This document shows positions 60,061 through 64,000 of a stretch of 64,000 nucleotides of DNA, one piece after another. The notes below the pieces were generated by a model. The model had not been told where the DNA came from, made no database searches, and worked only from the letters and a program-made list of their open reading frames with translations. Origin of the DNA: an endosymbiont of Galathealinum brachiosum (lineage in GTDB: Bacteria; Pseudomonadota; Gammaproteobacteria; SZUA-229); contig QFXC01000007.1 in the NCBI GenBank assembly GCA_003349885.1, positions 269,125 through 333,124 on the forward strand, read 5' to 3'. Positions within the stretch are counted from its first letter, which is position 1. Each line of letters begins with the position of its first letter. A program made the position numbers and the translations under genes.

Positions 60061-60997
60061 AACTCATCAGACGCTGATATCGAGCATCAAGCAACTTATC
60101 TGTTCCCATCTGATTAAGGTTATCCAGGCTATCTTTAAGCGCCTGACGAATATTTCGCGCGGTTATGTCCACATCACGGTAAGCACTACCAAGCGGCTCA
60201 TCTATAATTTGATCAATCAGCCCCAGCTCAAGTAAACGATCAGATGTGATACCCAGCGCCTCTGCTGCATCCTGTGCTCGCTCTGCACTTTTCCAGAGAA
60301 TAGAAGCACAACCTTCTGGTGAAATAACGGAGTATGTGCTGTATTTCAGCATCATCACTTTATCACCAACACCTATAGCCAGTGCACCACCAGAACCACC
60401 TTCACCAATAACCGTGCAAATAACGGGCACTTTAAGTGCTGCCATTTCAAACAGGTTACGCGCTATTGCTTCAGACTGACCGCGCTCTTCAGCACCTATA
60501 CCCGGATAAGCACCCGGCGTATCAATAAAAGTAATAACCGGCATTTTAAAACGCTCTGCAAGTTTCATCAGGCGTAATGCCTTACGATAACCTTCGGGTC
60601 GTGGCATACCAAAGTTACGACGTATTTTTTCTTTTGTATCACGACCTTTTTGCTGACCGATAACCATCACAGGTTTACCATCAAGTCTACCAATACCGCC
60701 TACCAATGCTTTATCATCAGCGTATGCACGATCACCGTGCAGCTCTTCAAAGTCTGTAAATATACGGTCAATGTAATCAAGTGTGTGGGGGCGTTGAGGG
60801 TGTCGGGCCAGCTGAGATGTCTGCCAGGAGGTCAATTTATTGAAAATTGACTCTGTTAGCGTTTTACACTTTGATTGCAGGCGAGTAATTTCCTCACCTA
60901 TATTAATTTCAGTATCATCACCAACATAACGAAGCTCTTCAATTTTAGCTTCCAGTTCAGCGATCGGTTGTTCAAATTCCAGAAAGTTTGGATTCAT
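60041..60997 (-). CDS. accA: Acetyl-CoA carboxylase carboxyltransferase alpha subunit
   Basis: [57 protein letters not shown]. Confidence 0.98.
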   Translation of the reverse strand: MNPNFLEFEQPIAELEAKIEELRYVGDDTEINIGEEITRLQSKCKTLTESIFNKLTSWQTSQLARHPQRPHTLDYIDRIFTDFEELHGDRAYADDKALVGGIGRLDGKPVMVIGQQKGRDTKEKIRRNFGMPRPEGYRKALRLMKLAERFKMPVITFIDTPGAYPGIGAEERGQSEAIARNLFEMAALKVPVICTVIGEGGSGGALAIGVGDKVMMLKYSTYSVISPEGCASILWKSAERAQDAAEALGITSDRLLELGLIDQIIDEPLGSAYRDVDITARNIRQALKDSLDNLNQMGTDKLLDARYQRLMSYGQFTE

Positions 60998-61301
60998 TCT
61001 TAAATCTTATAAATAGTTGCTCAAGTACAGAGCATGACAATGGAAATACCTAGTGCGTAATGATAACCCGCAATCCCCCTGTAACCAAGTGAGATTCAGA
61101 CATTTTGTATCATTTTTACTGAAAATGGCGACAAAATCACAGCGAAATTCATACAAGTCACTGATTATTAATTAATCAATGATATAATTATATTCTATAG
61201 GAAGTACAATGTGCTAATAGATGCTGAAACTTGGAAGCATTTTAAAAATGTTGTGCTAGTCTTTTATTAAAGACACATATATACAGGAAGCCACACCAGC
61301 C

Positions 61302-62996
61302 ATGGATGCATCAGCCCACAAAGCCGGCAATATCATTATTGCTGATGATGACCCCTCAATTCTGCTTCTACTGCGCCATATTCTGTCAGAAGAAAATTAT
61401 GATGTAACCGAAGCTCGCTCTGGTATGGAAGCGATCGAACTTTGTCGGGAGTTCACCTATGATCTGGCGATATTTGACCTGGTTATGCCCGATGTTGATG
61501 GAATATCCGCCTGTAAAGAAATCACATTACAGGTTTCGAACCCTCCGCCTGTGCTTATTATTACATCATTAGATGATGACGCATCGGTCAGTAGTGCTTT
61601 TGATGCCGGAGCAATTGACTATATAACTAAACCCATTAACTGGTCTGTCTTTAAACAGCGTGTCAAACGCATCGTTGAAAGCGAACAAAACCGACAGAAA
61701 GTAAAACGCCTTGAGTTCCATGACTCACTAACCGGTTTACCTAACCGCACCCTTTTACTCGACCGACTTGAATCAGCCACTCTGCGCGCTCAACGTAATC
61801 AGTCAATGCTGGCTCTATTAATGGTTGATATAGATAACCTGAAATTAATAAATGAAACCCTCGGGCATAGTAATGGCGACAAGGTAATTATGTCAGTTGC
61901 TAACCGACTGGGTAAAACCATTCGTGATACCGATACCTTATCTCGCAGTGGTGGTGATGAATTTATTTTAATTATTGAAAATATTCAACAATTAGAAGAC
62001 GTGGGTTTAATGGCGGCAAAATTTTCCCGTACAATTGAACACAGCCTGACTATCATGGATCAGGATTTACACATAAAAGCCAGCATTGGTATTAGCATGT
62101 ATCCTCAGGATGGAACGGATATTGGCAGTTTATTAAGCCATTCAGATGCGGCACTTTATCGCGCAAAAGAACAGGGTGGAAATATATATGAATTTTACTC
62201 ACCTGATCTGGGACGACAGGCACGACGTCGATTAGAGCTTGAAAGCAATTTACGTCACGCTCTGGAAAATGATGAACTGGTTGTTTACTACCAGCCTAAA
62301 ATAAACCTGACAACAGGTATTGCTGAAGGCATGGAAGCACTGGTTCGCTGGAACCACCCTGAAAAAGGCATTATTCCACCTGATGATTTTATTCCTGTTG
62401 CAGAAGAAACCGGATTAATTATTCCACTGGGTAAACAGGTCATTGAAAAAGCCTGTGCACAATTCAAACAGTGGCAAGTTGATAATATCCCTGTAACAAA
62501 TATTTCAATCAATGTTTCAGGTCGTCAGTTTAAAGAACAAAATCTGGTTAGCCTGTTACAGGATGTATTAAATAAACATCAACTCGATGCTACCCATATC
62601 GAGTTAGAACTGACTGAAAGCACGCTATTAAAAAATGAACAACAGGCAGAATCTATATTGAATGAATTACATAATATGGGGCTGCAAATTTCTATTGATG
62701 ATTTCGGAACTGGATATGCTTCACTCTCATACCTGAAACGTCTGCCAATCGATATATTAAAAATAGACAAATCTTTTACCGATGGCATATTGCATGACCC
62801 GGATGATATAGCCATTGTAAATGCCATATATGGCCTTGCTAAAGGTTTAGGTTTGAAACTGGTTGCAGAAGGAATTGAAACCAGTGAACAGTTAGAAAAA
62901 ATCAAACAACTAGGGGTAGATTACGGTCAGGGATATTTATGGAGTCCACCTCGACCTGCCGAACAATACCTGGAATTACTTGAGAGCTTGAGTTAG
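61302..62996 (+). CDS. Response regulator with GGDEF and EAL domains
   Basis: REC (IIIADDD, FDLVMP, ITKP), HDSLTGLPNR, SGGDEF, YQPK, EALVRW, IDDFGTGY, LVAEGIET. Confidence 0.95.
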   Translation: MDASAHKAGNIIIADDDPSILLLLRHILSEENYDVTEARSGMEAIELCREFTYDLAIFDLVMPDVDGISACKEITLQVSNPPPVLIITSLDDDASVSSAFDAGAIDYITKPINWSVFKQRVKRIVESEQNRQKVKRLEFHDSLTGLPNRTLLLDRLESATLRAQRNQSMLALLMVDIDNLKLINETLGHSNGDKVIMSVANRLGKTIRDTDTLSRSGGDEFILIIENIQQLEDVGLMAAKFSRTIEHSLTIMDQDLHIKASIGISMYPQDGTDIGSLLSHSDAALYRAKEQGGNIYEFYSPDLGRQARRRLELESNLRHALENDELVVYYQPKINLTTGIAEGMEALVRWNHPEKGIIPPDDFIPVAEETGLIIPLGKQVIEKACAQFKQWQVDNIPVTNISINVSGRQFKEQNLVSLLQDVLNKHQLDATHIELELTESTLLKNEQQAESILNELHNMGLQISIDDFGTGYASLSYLKRLPIDILKIDKSFTDGILHDPDDIAIVNAIYGLAKGLGLKLVAEGIETSEQLEKIKQLGVDYGQGYLWSPPRPAEQYLELLESLS

Positions 62997-63007
62997 CTTA
63001 AATCAAA

Positions 63008-63029
63008 TATCTGCTTTCACTAGCAGATA
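63008..63029. repeat. Short hairpin between convergent genes, related to the CTGCTT...AGCAG family
   Basis: TATCTGCT-TTCACT-AGCAGATA; CTGCTTTCAC also occurs at 53174-53183. Confidence 0.4.
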
Positions 63030-63127
63030 AGTTTAATGCATATGTCGCATCGATATATCGAAGCCTTCTCCAGGAAAGACCTAAAACATAACGAGCGCAC
63101 TAAAAACACACTAGAGCTTGCCTTGCA

Positions 63128-63826
63128 TTACGCAGCTACTTCTTTTAACTGATTTACATTATGTATGGTTATTTCACTACCATTAACATCAATGAGATTA
63201 CGATTCCTGAGCGTCTTTAGTGTACGAGAAAAAGTTTCCGGTTTAATAAACAGGCAGGATGCTAGAATGTTTTTAGGCATCGTTAAATTTATAATATAAG
63301 TAGTATTAGTCTTATGATCGTCTGGCACTTGTTGCAACAGGTAATTTATCAGTCTGAAATCAGCATTTTGCAGCGCGAGGCAATCAACCTGGTCGATATG
63401 CTGTTGTAAGCACAAACTCAAATTAGACATTAACTGAAAGCAGGCGTCTTTAGATTCTTCAAGTATGGACTTAAAGACCTTACAATCAAAGGATAGTAAC
63501 TCTGTATCAATAAGCGCTTCTGCACCGAGAGGATATCTACCGTTTTCTAAAAACAGGTAACTTTCAGAAAAAACCTCTCCAGGTTGAATAACATCGACGA
63601 CACGTTCACTCCCTTCTAAAAAAATACGAAATAATTTTATCTGACCTGATTTAACCAGATAAAACTTGTCAGCTATATCTCCATGTTCAAACAAATGCTC
63701 ATTTTCTGCCAAATGAATAAGTTTCATGTGTTTTTGTATTTTGTTGAGCTGCGGCTCTTTAAACTGAGATAGTATTGAAATTTTATGCAATTCTGATAAT
63801 GAAATAGAGGGGGGGCATATACGCAT
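63128..63826 (-). CDS. Crp/Fnr-family regulator (DNR-like)
   Basis: LFEHGD, FYLVKSGQIKL, PGEVFSE, RLINYLL, HTH LASCLFIKPETFSRTLK; no FNR-type N-terminal Cys cluster. Confidence 0.9.
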   Translation of the reverse strand: MRICPPSISLSELHKISILSQFKEPQLNKIQKHMKLIHLAENEHLFEHGDIADKFYLVKSGQIKLFRIFLEGSERVVDVIQPGEVFSESYLFLENGRYPLGAEALIDTELLSFDCKVFKSILEESKDACFQLMSNLSLCLQQHIDQVDCLALQNADFRLINYLLQQVPDDHKTNTTYIINLTMPKNILASCLFIKPETFSRTLKTLRNRNLIDVNGSEITIHNVNQLKEVAA

Positions 63827-63932
63827 TTGATCATCCTTTTTATTATCATTTATTAATTAACCATATCAATGGTGTTATTAATTATAGAAGAGTTTTATAA
63901 AAAATCATCAAGCTTTAACATTAACTTATTTA

Positions 63933-63958
63933 ATGTCTATTCATGTCCATTTATGTCC
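63933..63958. promoter_or_regulatory. Triple direct repeat upstream of the Crp/Fnr gene
   Basis: ATGTCTATTC-ATGTCCATTT-ATGTCC, 10-bp period. Confidence 0.4.
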
Positions 63959-64000
63959 GCGAGCACATTTTTCAGTTAAGACATAATTTTAACCAATCGA

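Noticed and set aside
1..64000. CRISPR arrays, rRNA, transposases, recognisable anti-phage defence genes
   Set aside because: No regularly spaced repeat-spacer array or matching protein motifs seen by eye

Overview
AT-rich chromosomal window from a gammaproteobacterium, probably marine and microaerophilic or facultatively anaerobic (inference from gene content). Housekeeping anchors are rbgA/ylqF, sbcB, tRNA-Ser(UGA) divergent from yccA, and accA-tilS. Accessory content includes a Helicobacter-type Mqo, an orphan CbbQ/NorQ + vWA pair, an MCP, a MoxR-DUF58-transglutaminase operon, two RND efflux pairs, a double-length UvrA, a c-di-GMP cluster (class I riboswitch, heme-c HD-GYP, 7TM-DISM GGDEF), a VPxP-CTERM surface protein, a pentaheme cytochrome c and a Crp/Fnr regulator. 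The strongest candidate new system is a tightly packed 7-gene operon (13579-19213). It joins a complete partner-switching module (HDOD-PP2C phosphatase, RsbW-type kinase, phosphorylatable STAS) to an MlaE/MlaF/MlaD/PqiC transporter, with the STAS gene in the position of MlaB and no sigma factor nearby. Second is an 85-nt structured element (46382-46466) carrying the tRNA-Ser acceptor stem and GCCA end, inverted relative to the neighbouring tRNA. Third is a family of degenerate palindromes bracketing the 53-58 kb accessory block. All calls rest on motif recognition by eye; no searches were run.
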